Assembly (NCBI GenBank): GCA_016125255.1 | Contig: WGMD01000009.1 | Span: 225,303 to 249,302, forward strand | Length of the DNA: 24,000 bases | Direction of reading: 5' to 3' | Origin: Planctomycetota bacterium | GTDB lineage: Bacteria; Planctomycetota; Phycisphaerae; Phycisphaerales; Zrk34 | Shown here: piece after piece, positions 1 to 7,279 of the stretch | Layout of the letters: each line of letters starts with the position of its first letter | Position numbering within the stretch: the first letter of the stretch is position 1 | The notes under the pieces: generated by a model | Database searches by the model: none | What the model was told of the DNA's origin: nothing | The model's input: the letters and a program-made list of their open reading frames with translations, nothing else | Program-made: the position numbers and the translations under genes

Positions 1-5
1 CTCAG

Positions 6-191
6 ATGAACGCCGGACAAGCCCCGATCAACCGAAAGCCCGTCAGCAATGTTTACACGGTGCTGATGTTCATTGCATTCGTGGCGCTGTCGGTCGCGGT
101 GGGCGTGACCTGGTGGAAGAACGTGGAAGTGACCAAGGGGCAGCAGCCCAACAACGGGGCCAATCCCTTCTTCGTCCTCGAGAAGCCGTAA
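6..191 (+). CDS. small (61 aa) single-pass membrane protein, uncharacterised
   Basis: ATG-started ORF with GC-rich third codon positions like neighbouring genes. One clear hydrophobic helix (VYTVLMFIAFVALSVAVGVTWW) with polar flanks. No family recognised. It starts 5 nt from the window edge, so upstream context is unseen. Confidence 0.5.
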   Translation: MNAGQAPINRKPVSNVYTVLMFIAFVALSVAVGVTWWKNVEVTKGQQPNNGANPFFVLEKP

Positions 192-265
192 ACCTCCGCC
201 GCGACGCTTGCTGGTGCGGCCTGACCATGGATGGTCGAACGCATTGCCACTCCCTCCCCGTCAAT

Positions 266-293
266 TTGCGTCGTGTGACCTTCCCGTTAAGAT
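266..293 (+). promoter_or_regulatory. candidate sigma70-type promoter upstream of mreB (TTGCGT-N16-TAAGAT)
   Basis: -35-like TTGCGT at 266-271 and -10-like TAAGAT at 288-293, about 70 nt upstream of the mreB ATG. Only partial matches to consensus. Confidence 0.25.
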
Positions 294-364
294 GCCCGGA
301 CGCGATTTGCCGATGATGACCTCAACGGCGGTTTCCCTACGCGCAGCGATCAATTGAGACGCGA

Positions 365-1417
365 ATGATACTCGACTCCCTGTTAGGCTGGTTCAGCGTC
401 GATATGGGCATCGACCTCGGAACGTGCAACACGCTCGTGTGCGTGCGCGGCGAGGGCATCGTGCTCAACGAGCCCTCCGTCGTCGCCGTGCAGAAGGGCA
501 CCAACAAGGTCCTTCAGGGCGGCAATGCCGTCGGCTGGGTCGCCAAGGAAATGCTCGGCAAGACCCCCGGAAGCATCACGGCAATTCGCCCCCTTAAAGA
601 CGGCGTCATCAGCGACTTTGAAATCACCGAAGCGATGCTTGCCTACTTCATCCGCAAAGTGCAGGGCCGCACGCGCTTCGTCGGCCCGCGCGTCGTCATC
701 TCGATTCCCTCGGGCATCACCGCCGTCGAAAAACGCGCTGTCCTCGACTCCGCCGAGCGGGCCGGGGCGCGCCGCGTCTTCCTCGTCGAGGAGCCCATGG
801 CCGCCGCCATCGGCGCCGGGCTCCCCGTCGCCGAGGCCACCGCGTCGATGATCGTCGACATCGGCGGCGGCACGACCGAAGTCGCCATCATGTCCCTCGC
901 CGACATCGCCGAGTGCACCTCCGTGCGCGTCGCCGGCGACGATCTGGACGAGGCGATCATCAATCACATGAAAAAGACCTACAACCTGATGATCGGCGAG
1001 CAGACCGCCGAACGCATCAAGATCGAGATCGGCTCGGCCGCGCCGCTCGAGCAGGAGCGCACGATGGAAGTGCGCGGCCGGGACATGATCAGCGGGCTGC
1101 CCCGCAAAACCGTCGTCACCAGCGAGGAAATCCGCGAGTGCCTTCAGGAACCGCTCTCCTCCATCATCAACACCGTGACGCGCACCCTCGAACGCGCTGA
1201 GCCCGAACTCGCCGCCGACCTTGTCGATAACGGCATCACCCTCGCCGGCGGCGGCGCGCTGCTCCGCGGCATCGACACGATTCTCTCCAACGCGACCGGC
1301 CTCGAAACCCGCATCGCCGAGGACCCGCTCACCTGCGTCGCCCGCGGCACGAGCATCTACCTCGAAAACATCGAGGAATGGAAGAACCAGCTTCAGAGCG
1401 ATCTGGATGAAATCTGA
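365..1417 (+). CDS. mreB: rod shape-determining actin homologue MreB
   Basis: 350 aa with actin/Hsp70-fold motifs typical of MreB: GIDLGTCNTLV, VVISIPSGITAVEKRAV, VDIGGGTTEVAI, ITLAGGGALLRGID. Followed by mreC and mreD. Confidence 0.97.
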   Translation: MILDSLLGWFSVDMGIDLGTCNTLVCVRGEGIVLNEPSVVAVQKGTNKVLQGGNAVGWVAKEMLGKTPGSITAIRPLKDGVISDFEITEAMLAYFIRKVQGRTRFVGPRVVISIPSGITAVEKRAVLDSAERAGARRVFLVEEPMAAAIGAGLPVAEATASMIVDIGGGTTEVAIMSLADIAECTSVRVAGDDLDEAIINHMKKTYNLMIGEQTAERIKIEIGSAAPLEQERTMEVRGRDMISGLPRKTVVTSEEIRECLQEPLSSIINTVTRTLERAEPELAADLVDNGITLAGGGALLRGIDTILSNATGLETRIAEDPLTCVARGTSIYLENIEEWKNQLQSDLDEI

Positions 1418-1421
1418 TCAA

Positions 1422-1510
1422 GTGCGGAGTGTGGAGTTGGGAGTGTGGAGTTCAAGACAACGGTTGATGTTTTTTACTCCGCACTCCGCACTCCTCACGC
1501 CGCACTCTTG
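1422..1510 (+). repeat. long imperfect hairpin made of inverted heptad-repeat arrays between mreB and mreC
   Basis: Left arm has 4 tandem heptads NNGGAGT (1424-1451: GCGGAGT GTGGAGT TGGGAGT GTGGAGT). Right arm has 5 tandem heptads ACTCCNN (1476-1510: ACTCCGC ACTCCGC ACTCCTC ACGCCGC ACTCTTG). The arms are reverse complements, giving about 30 bp with a few mismatches or G-U pairs. The 24-nt loop ends in a T6 run (1470-1475). Confidence 0.7.
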
Positions 1511-1515
1511 AAATC

Positions 1516-2403
1516 ATGCCCTTGCCCGCGCTCACAGCCCGACGCTCTTTTGCATTGATCATCGCGGCGCTGATGGTCATGTCGTTGCTGCGCGAGTCGT
1601 ATTGCGTGTACGGCCCGCCGCTGCGCAACGCCGCCTTTGTTCTGCTCAAACCCATCTCCATGCCGCTGACCGCCCTGACCGCGCACATCCGCGGCTGGGA
1701 GGAACGCCCCGTGCTCGGCGACCTTGAGCAGCTCAGCGAGGAACTCCGTTACAAGGATGCGCTGGTCATCGCATTGCAGAAACAGGTGCGCGAACTGGAG
1801 CTGACCAACGCGGAATTGCAGGGGCTCAGTCAGCGCATCGGGCACGATTACCGATTCCGCGAAGCGACCGTCATCGGCCGATCCGCCGATCCGTCGTCCG
1901 GCACGCTTCAGATCAACATCGGCGCCGGCGACGGCGTGTACCCCGGGCTGGCGGTCGTGAGCGGGGCGAATCTGGTGGGGCGGCTCGTGCAGGTCGGCCC
2001 GGCGACGAGCAGCTTGAAGCCGATCATCGCCAAGGATGAACTGTTGACCGTGATGCTTGCCCCGCCGACGATGCCGCGCGAGGGGTTGCCCGCCGGTCGA
2101 GATCGCCTGATTCAACTTCACGTCAAGGACGAGCAGACGCTTCTGGCGGACGATGTGCCGCGCGACGTCGTGGTGGAGGTCGGCGACTACGCCCGCTTGA
2201 TGGACCGCGGCGGATCGGAGGGCTGGCCCGATGCGGTGCAGGGCATGCTTGTAGGGCGCGTTGAGCAGGTGATGGAGGATCCGGATGATCCTCTGCGCAA
2301 GCATGTGATCGTGCAGCCGCTGCGGTCGCTGCGGTACATGGACACGGTCACGGTCGTCGTGCCGCGCCACGCCGGTCTGCCCGCCGGGGGGGACGCGCCA
2401 TGA
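1516..2403 (+). CDS. mreC: rod shape-determining protein MreC
   Basis: 295 aa with an N-terminal TM segment and a coiled-coil stretch (LRYKDALVIALQKQVRELELTNAELQGL). This is followed by MreC-type beta-barrel sequence (ATVIGRSADPSSGTLQINIGAGDGVYPGLAVVSGANLVGRLVQV). Sits directly after mreB. Its stop overlaps the mreD start (ATGA at 2400-2403). Confidence 0.9.
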   Translation: MPLPALTARRSFALIIAALMVMSLLRESYCVYGPPLRNAAFVLLKPISMPLTALTAHIRGWEERPVLGDLEQLSEELRYKDALVIALQKQVRELELTNAELQGLSQRIGHDYRFREATVIGRSADPSSGTLQINIGAGDGVYPGLAVVSGANLVGRLVQVGPATSSLKPIIAKDELLTVMLAPPTMPREGLPAGRDRLIQLHVKDEQTLLADDVPRDVVVEVGDYARLMDRGGSEGWPDAVQGMLVGRVEQVMEDPDDPLRKHVIVQPLRSLRYMDTVTVVVPRHAGLPAGGDAP

Positions 2404-2975
2404 GGTGGTGGGTCTTCGCCATCTTCGCATACCTGCTTCTGGGCATCGAGGTGTCGGTGTCGGATGTGCTGAGCATCCCGACGAAATTCGGCCCGGTGGT
2501 GCCGCATTTCATGCTGATTTTGGCGGTGTTCGTCGGCCTCGCCGCGCCGACCGGCGTCGTCCTCGCGTCCTCCCTCATCATCGGCGGCCTCATCGATCTG
2601 ACCACGACCTGGCCCCTCCCGGGCGATCACGGGCTGACCCTGCTCGGCCCGCATGCGCTGGCGTATCTCGTCGGCGGGTATGTACTCCTGCAAGTCCGCC
2701 CGATGCTCTTCCGCGAGCATCCGTTGACCGTCGCCGCGATGATGCTCGTTGCCGGCGTGGCGGTCGAACTGATCGTCGTCGCGGTCTTCACCATCCGCGC
2801 CTGGTACGAACCGCTCGCCGGCTGGTCCGCCACCAGCGAACTGGTCATCCGCGCCATCGGCCTCTTCTACAGCGCCTTCGTCGGCTTCATCCTCGCCATC
2901 CCCCTCTGCCGCCTCACCCCGCTCTTCGGCTTCACCAGCATCAAACCCCCCGGCGCCCGCGCCCGCCGCTGGTAA
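2400..2975 (+). CDS. mreD: rod shape-determining protein MreD (polytopic membrane protein)
   Basis: 191 aa with about 5 hydrophobic helices and a GGLIDL motif resembling the conserved MreD G-x-x-x-D region. Canonical position, with translational coupling to mreC. Confidence 0.72.
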   Translation: MRWWVFAIFAYLLLGIEVSVSDVLSIPTKFGPVVPHFMLILAVFVGLAAPTGVVLASSLIIGGLIDLTTTWPLPGDHGLTLLGPHALAYLVGGYVLLQVRPMLFREHPLTVAAMMLVAGVAVELIVVAVFTIRAWYEPLAGWSATSELVIRAIGLFYSAFVGFILAIPLCRLTPLFGFTSIKPPGARARRW

Positions 2976-3107
2976 ACCCTGCCAGATATCGTCCAAAGCC
3001 AAACCCAGCACGCGGCAAAACGCATGAAGTCAAAATTCCATTTCGCATTTAGGCTAAAAGCTAAATAGTCACATCCTCGAAACGACTGTGGACCCTTGTA
3101 ACGTTTG

Positions 3108-3965
3108 TTACTTGGCGTCGGGGAAGTCGGCGTTGTAGCGTTTCAGGAGCGCGGGGATGTCGTTGGGAAGAAAGTACATTTTGCCGTGGATTTTCTTGGT
3201 TTCACCAGGCGCGAGGCCGCCGATGCGGAAATCGCTGTGGGCGCAGCGGGCCACACCCTGAAAAAGCTCCTGGTAATGGTCCCACGCCATGGCGAAGATC
3301 ATGGTTTCGTCGGCGTTGAAACAGCCAATGAGCCCGTTGTCGGGCGCGTGGGGATTAAGCGGACGCGGATTCAGATCCTCGTGCGGCACACCGATCGGAC
3401 ACCATACCTGCCCGGGGGTGTAGCGCGCTTTGGTGGCCCAATCCTCTGTGGGCATGCGCTGGAGCCGTCCGCCTTGAAAGACGAAGCATTTGTGAATGTA
3501 GGCGGAGGCATCTTTGGTGTCCTTGTCGCCGCAGCCGGCGAAGTCGGCGACACGGACGCAGGGCTGCGCCCAGTGGGCGAGCGAAGCGTGGTCGGTCGGA
3601 TTGTGCGCGGTCAGGGCGAAGTCGATGTGATCCGCGTGCGCGGTGATGACATGCTCGACGGTCACGCCGTCGTCGAGCGTCGAGCGCAGCACCAGCGATG
3701 TGCCGTCATCGGCGGCGCTGACAAGCTGTGTTTTGTGCGGAATGACGGTGCCGCGCCAGTCGCGGTTGGTCGAGCCGGGCCGGCAGAACGCTTCGAGGTA
3801 GTTGACGTTCATCGCGCCACCGGGCAACTTCGGCCCACGAATCGTCAGCGTGTTCTTGTCCCATGTGGCCCTCAGCGTCGCCGGCTCGTCCGCGATGGCG
3901 GCGACACTGACAAGCAACAACAACAGCAGCAGAGCGGCGGGCCATGATCGGCGTGCGATTTTCAT
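3108..3965 (-). CDS. secreted Cys-rich protein, family not recognised
   Basis: 285 aa with a classic signal peptide (MKIARRSWPAALLLLLLLVSVAAIADEP), balanced amino-acid composition and GC-rich third positions. Contains 8 Cys and many Trp/His. The opposite-strand ORF 3105-3947 has G/V/R/D-rich antisense-type composition. Confidence 0.8.
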   Translation of the reverse strand: MKIARRSWPAALLLLLLLVSVAAIADEPATLRATWDKNTLTIRGPKLPGGAMNVNYLEAFCRPGSTNRDWRGTVIPHKTQLVSAADDGTSLVLRSTLDDGVTVEHVITAHADHIDFALTAHNPTDHASLAHWAQPCVRVADFAGCGDKDTKDASAYIHKCFVFQGGRLQRMPTEDWATKARYTPGQVWCPIGVPHEDLNPRPLNPHAPDNGLIGCFNADETMIFAMAWDHYQELFQGVARCAHSDFRIGGLAPGETKKIHGKMYFLPNDIPALLKRYNADFPDAK

Positions 3966-3970
3966 GCCGC

Positions 3971-3976
3971 ATTATA
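3971..3976 (-). promoter_or_regulatory. perfect -10 hexamer TATAAT 5 nt upstream of the ATG (candidate leaderless promoter)
   Basis: Minus strand reads TATAAT-GCGGC-ATG (3976 down to 3963). An all-A/T hexamer is conspicuous in this GC-rich DNA. TGA precedes ATATAA, giving an alternative extended -10 register. Confidence 0.45.
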
Positions 3977-4088
3977 TTCAGAAGCGCCGCCGCGGGCCGA
4001 CCGCCAGCCGCCGCATGCCGGACGCTTTGCTTCGCTCCCTTCGGCAAAAAGCTCAGGGCAGACGGGTCGCCATGATGGCAATGCAAAG

Positions 4089-5162
4089 CTATTTGGCAGT
4101 TTCGGGGGTGGAATTTTTGTCGCCGTCGGCTGGGGTGTTGGGGGATTCGGATTTGGCCGGGGCGGCGGGACCGCCGGAGGTGGCGGTGATGGGCTGGCCA
4201 CCGGCGCGGAGGAATTTTTCGTACCAGCGCTGAATCTGACCGGCGGGCATTTCGTGGACTTCCCCGCCGGTGTCCTTGGCGATCTTGTTGAGCGTTTCGT
4301 TGGAATTGTCCAGCAGGATCACATCCAGCACGGCGTTGGTCTGCTTGACCTGATTGGCGATGACGGCCAGTTCGGCATCGGAGGGCAGGAGCTTGGCGAC
4401 GAGGATGATTTTGTCGGGATTGCCCTTGAGTGCGGCGGCGAAGGCCTGTGGGGCGGCGAGCGCTCCGCCGGCGACGACTGAATCGAACTGTGCGGCCAGG
4501 GCGTTGGGCGACAGGCCCGACCCATTGGTCAAAGCACCGGGAAAAACGCGCGGCCCGGACTCGGACCAGAAGACGACCTGCGCCTCGTGTTCGGGCCCGA
4601 GGTGCGAGACCGCCGCGAGCGCCGCCTGCTTGGCGACATCCAGATAATCGCGCATGGCGGTCGATGCGTCGATCATGATGATCGTCTTCTTGCCGGCGGG
4701 GATGCCCATGAACGACGGGCGGGTCTCGGTGAACGGATTGGCGTCGGGGTCATAGGGCCAGGCCTCGACGGCGGTGACGTCGCGCTTGGGTTTGAAGAGT
4801 GTGCTCATCCCGTAGATCACCACGCCGACGACGGACAGCACGATGATGATCATGACGCTGACGACGCCGATGCGGACGCCCATGCGTTTTTTGCGGGCGA
4901 CGGGCACGCCGGAGATCTGTCGTTCGGACAGTTCGATGGTTTTGCCGGTCTTGGTGCGATAGACGCTAAGTTTTCGGCTGGTGGATCCGGGGCCGAAGGA
5001 CGAAGGGGAATCGGGACGGGAAAGCGACTCGGGACTGTTGGCGTCCGGGTCATCGGGAACGGTCATCAGCGTGCCGCAGTTGAAGCATCGGCAGACGCCG
5101 CCGCGGAAGCCATCGTCGATTTCCAGTTCACTTTCGCACTGAGGACATGCAAGGTCGATCAT
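4089..5162 (-). CDS. membrane protein: N-terminal zinc ribbon, single TM helix, C-terminal vWA-like domain
   Basis: Start trimmed to the ATG at 5162 (MIDLACPQCESELEIDDGFRGGVCRCFNCGTLMTVP, i.e. CxxC...CxxC). S/P-rich linker, then a TM helix (VRIGVVSVMIIIVLSVVGVVIYGM). The vWA-like Rossmann pattern follows (TIIMIDASTAMRDY ... KIILVAKLL ... VLDVILLD), with a degenerate MIDAS (DASTA rather than DxSxS). The upstream extension to 5384 overlaps the rsmH promoter and start region and has no support. Confidence 0.8.
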   Translation of the reverse strand: MIDLACPQCESELEIDDGFRGGVCRCFNCGTLMTVPDDPDANSPESLSRPDSPSSFGPGSTSRKLSVYRTKTGKTIELSERQISGVPVARKKRMGVRIGVVSVMIIIVLSVVGVVIYGMSTLFKPKRDVTAVEAWPYDPDANPFTETRPSFMGIPAGKKTIIMIDASTAMRDYLDVAKQAALAAVSHLGPEHEAQVVFWSESGPRVFPGALTNGSGLSPNALAAQFDSVVAGGALAAPQAFAAALKGNPDKIILVAKLLPSDAELAVIANQVKQTNAVLDVILLDNSNETLNKIAKDTGGEVHEMPAGQIQRWYEKFLRAGGQPITATSGGPAAPAKSESPNTPADGDKNSTPETAK

Positions 5163-5169
5163 GCAGGGG

Positions 5170-5175
5170 ATTATA
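5170..5175 (-). promoter_or_regulatory. perfect -10 hexamer TATAAT 7 nt upstream of the ATG (candidate leaderless promoter)
   Basis: Minus strand reads TATAAT-CCCCTGC-ATG (5175 down to 5160). A weak -35 (TTTCTA) lies 17 nt upstream. Confidence 0.45.
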
Positions 5176-5268
5176 GCGATTGATGGGGGAGGTAGAAACA
5201 TGGGGGGAGTCCCGCGGGCCAACGCGTGGGCTTGGCGGTCGGATCGGTGTAGGATGCACGACAGGCGT

Positions 5269-6222
5269 ATGACGGACATTTCACACACACAAGGCGCGGC
5301 GGAAGCGGGGCATGTTCCGGTTTTGATGGAGCAGGTGCTGTCGGTGCTGTCGCCGAGGCCGGGGCGGACGGTGCTCGACTGCACGCTGGGCCGGGGCGGT
5401 CACGCGGCGGCGATCCTGCCGCTTCTAGCGCCGGGCGGTCGATACGTCGGCCTCGACGTCGACCCGACGAACATCGAGCATGGTCGCAACACGCTGCGTC
5501 ACGAAGGCGTGCAGGTCGATTGCGTGTGCACGAATTTCGCCTCCGCGCGGGCGGTGCTCGATGAACTGAACGTCGCGCGGGTGGACGGGGTGCTGGCGGA
5601 TTTGGGGTTTGCATCGACGCAGATGGCGGATGCATCGCGCGGTTTGAGTTTCACGGCGGAGGGGCCATTGGACATGCGGCTCGACCCGTCGCTGATCACG
5701 ACGGCGGCGGATCTGCTGGCGAGTCTAAGCGAGACGGAACTGGCGGACGTCATCTACGAATATGGGGAGGAGCGGTTTTCGCGGAGAATCGCACGAAAAA
5801 TTGTGGCTTTTCGGCAGAGCCAGCCGATAAAAACGACGGGGCAACTCGCCGATCTCTGCGCCGCCGCGTATGGCGGGCACGGAAGGGGGCGACACCGGAT
5901 CGATCCGGCGACCCGCACTTTTCAGGCCCTCCGCATCGCCGTCAATGATGAACTGGGCGTGCTGAGGCGACTGCTCGAAGAGCTGCCCCGATTGCTGGCG
6001 AGCGGCGGGCGTGCTGCGATCATCAGCTTCCATTCGCTCGAAGACCGCATGGTCAAGCAGGCGTTTTTGAAGTGGCATCAGGACGGTCAAGCCGAGCGCC
6101 TGACGAAGAAGCCGCTCATCGCCGGCGACGCGGAGATCGCCAGGAATCGTCGAAGCCGCAGCGCGAAACTGCGCGGGATTGAATGGCGAGAGTTGCCCCC
6201 GGACGAATCGCCAATAGAATAG
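5269..6222 (+). CDS. rsmH: 16S rRNA (cytosine1402-N4)-methyltransferase RsmH (MraW)
   Basis: Start trimmed to the ATG at 5269 (MTDISH...). Motifs: HVPVLMEQVL, DCTLGRGGHAAAIL, DLGFASTQMADASRGLSF, ISFHSLEDRMVK. Followed by ftsL-like and ftsI genes, as in dcw clusters. Confidence 0.95.
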   Translation: MTDISHTQGAAEAGHVPVLMEQVLSVLSPRPGRTVLDCTLGRGGHAAAILPLLAPGGRYVGLDVDPTNIEHGRNTLRHEGVQVDCVCTNFASARAVLDELNVARVDGVLADLGFASTQMADASRGLSFTAEGPLDMRLDPSLITTAADLLASLSETELADVIYEYGEERFSRRIARKIVAFRQSQPIKTTGQLADLCAAAYGGHGRGRHRIDPATRTFQALRIAVNDELGVLRRLLEELPRLLASGGRAAIISFHSLEDRMVKQAFLKWHQDGQAERLTKKPLIAGDAEIARNRRSRSAKLRGIEWRELPPDESPIE

Positions 6223-6277
6223 TCGCTTACAGCCAACGGACTGGCCCTCGCCTTTAACTTTCAGGGACGAATCGACA

Positions 6278-7240
6278 ATGACCAGGGAAACGAAAATCGG
6301 GTTGCTCGTGGGAATGGGCGTGATCATCCTCATCGGGATTCTGATCAGCGATCATCTTTCCGATGCGCAGCGTCAGCAGCCCGCGCAGCTCGCCGGCAAC
6401 GTCCCGCCGGAAATCAGCCGCGACATGATTCCCTCGCCCGTGCGCTTGAGCGATTCGGGTCCGGGCGCATCGTCGCCGTTGCCGCTGCCGTCGCAGCTTG
6501 GCAATCCCGGCGAACACGCCGCGACGACCGCCGGGCCGCGTCCGGACATCATCCGGCAGGACGGGCTGGATCGTGATCTGATTCCCGCCATGAAGACGAT
6601 GACCGACCTGCCGCCCAACACGGCGGGGATCATCGGCCAGCAGCGCGCCGTCGAATCCGCCCGCGACACCGTCCGCCCGACGCCCAATCCTGTTCCGACC
6701 ACCGGTTCTTCCAACACCGGCGTGAGCAGCACCAGCGCCATCCCCGAAGGCTTCGTCGTCGTCGACGGTCACCGCGCGACGCTGGGCGTCATGAGCAATG
6801 GCAACACGACCGCCGCACCGAAACAGACCATCCACTACGTCAAGGAAGGCGAAACACTCTCGGCCATCGCCCGTCAGTACTATGGCAACCCCGGCGATTA
6901 CCAGATCATTCTCGACGCCAACCGCAAGGCGATCCCCAACGAAAACCTCGTCCGCCCGGGCGTGCGGCTGATCATCCCCAGCAAATCCGCCCCCGCCCCC
7001 GGAAATGTTGCTCCCGCGCCGGCTTCGACGCCGCCCGCCGCGTCGCCCAAGCCGACCGCACCGCAGGCGACCAGGACCGCCGAGTACACGGTCCAAGAGG
7101 ACGACACGCTCTCGAGTCTCGCCGCCAAGTTCATGGGCTCGTCCAAGAACTGGCAGAAGCTCTACGAGCTTAACAAGGATCGCATTTCCAACCCCGATCG
7201 CATCGCGGAGGGGACGGTCATCCGCGTGCCCGCCCGCTGA
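6278..7240 (+). CDS. membrane-anchored protein with long disordered linker and two C-terminal LysM peptidoglycan-binding domains
   Basis: 320 aa. N-terminal TM helix (IGLLVGMGVIILIGILI), then about 170 aa of P/S/T/G-rich low-complexity sequence. Two LysM repeats follow: IHYVKEGETLSAIARQYYGNPGDYQIILDANRKAI...GVRLIIP and YTVQEDDTLSSLAAKFMGSSKNWQKLYELNKDRI...GTVIRVP. Confidence 0.9.
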   Translation: MTRETKIGLLVGMGVIILIGILISDHLSDAQRQQPAQLAGNVPPEISRDMIPSPVRLSDSGPGASSPLPLPSQLGNPGEHAATTAGPRPDIIRQDGLDRDLIPAMKTMTDLPPNTAGIIGQQRAVESARDTVRPTPNPVPTTGSSNTGVSSTSAIPEGFVVVDGHRATLGVMSNGNTTAAPKQTIHYVKEGETLSAIARQYYGNPGDYQIILDANRKAIPNENLVRPGVRLIIPSKSAPAPGNVAPAPASTPPAASPKPTAPQATRTAEYTVQEDDTLSSLAAKFMGSSKNWQKLYELNKDRISNPDRIAEGTVIRVPAR

Positions 7241-7279
7241 TCGGATCGCTTCGTTCCTTTTCATCACCGGCGACGCCTC

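Noticed and set aside
1495-2430. 311-aa minus-strand ORF
   Set aside because: It is antisense to mreC, which is supported by position, its coiled coil and beta-barrel motifs. The composition is an antisense artefact.
3915-3932. (CAA)3(CAG)3 trinucleotide run
   Set aside because: It is simply the reverse complement of the CTG/TTG Leu codons of the signal-peptide hydrophobic core (LLLLLL). It is in frame, and there is no evidence of phase variation.
3105-3947. 280-aa plus-strand ORF
   Set aside because: It mirrors the minus-strand secreted-protein gene. The minus frame has a signal peptide, GC-rich third positions and balanced composition. The plus frame is G/V/R/D-rich and ends in a poly-Q run, which is the reverse complement of the poly-Leu signal peptide.
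4026-4054. Possible terminator hairpin after the vWA gene (GCTTTGC ... GCAAAAAGC)
   Set aside because: It has only about 7 bp, with a 2-nt bulge and a 13-nt unstructured loop. No U-tract follows on the minus-strand transcript. Not convincing.
5184-5231. Three TGGG(G) runs (5184, 5201, 5227) in the rsmH upstream spacer, reminiscent of MraZ boxes
   Set aside because: The spacings of 17 and 26 nt are irregular and do not match the evenly spaced direct repeats bound by MraZ. No mraZ gene is present in the window. G-runs are expected by composition.
5163-5384. N-terminal 74-codon extension of the vWA ORF, and the matching 5161-5268 extension of the rsmH ORF
   Set aside because: The two extensions overlap each other on opposite strands. 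The Zn-ribbon begins right at the internal ATG (5162), which has a TATAAT box 7 nt upstream. RsmH homology begins shortly after the ATG at 5269.
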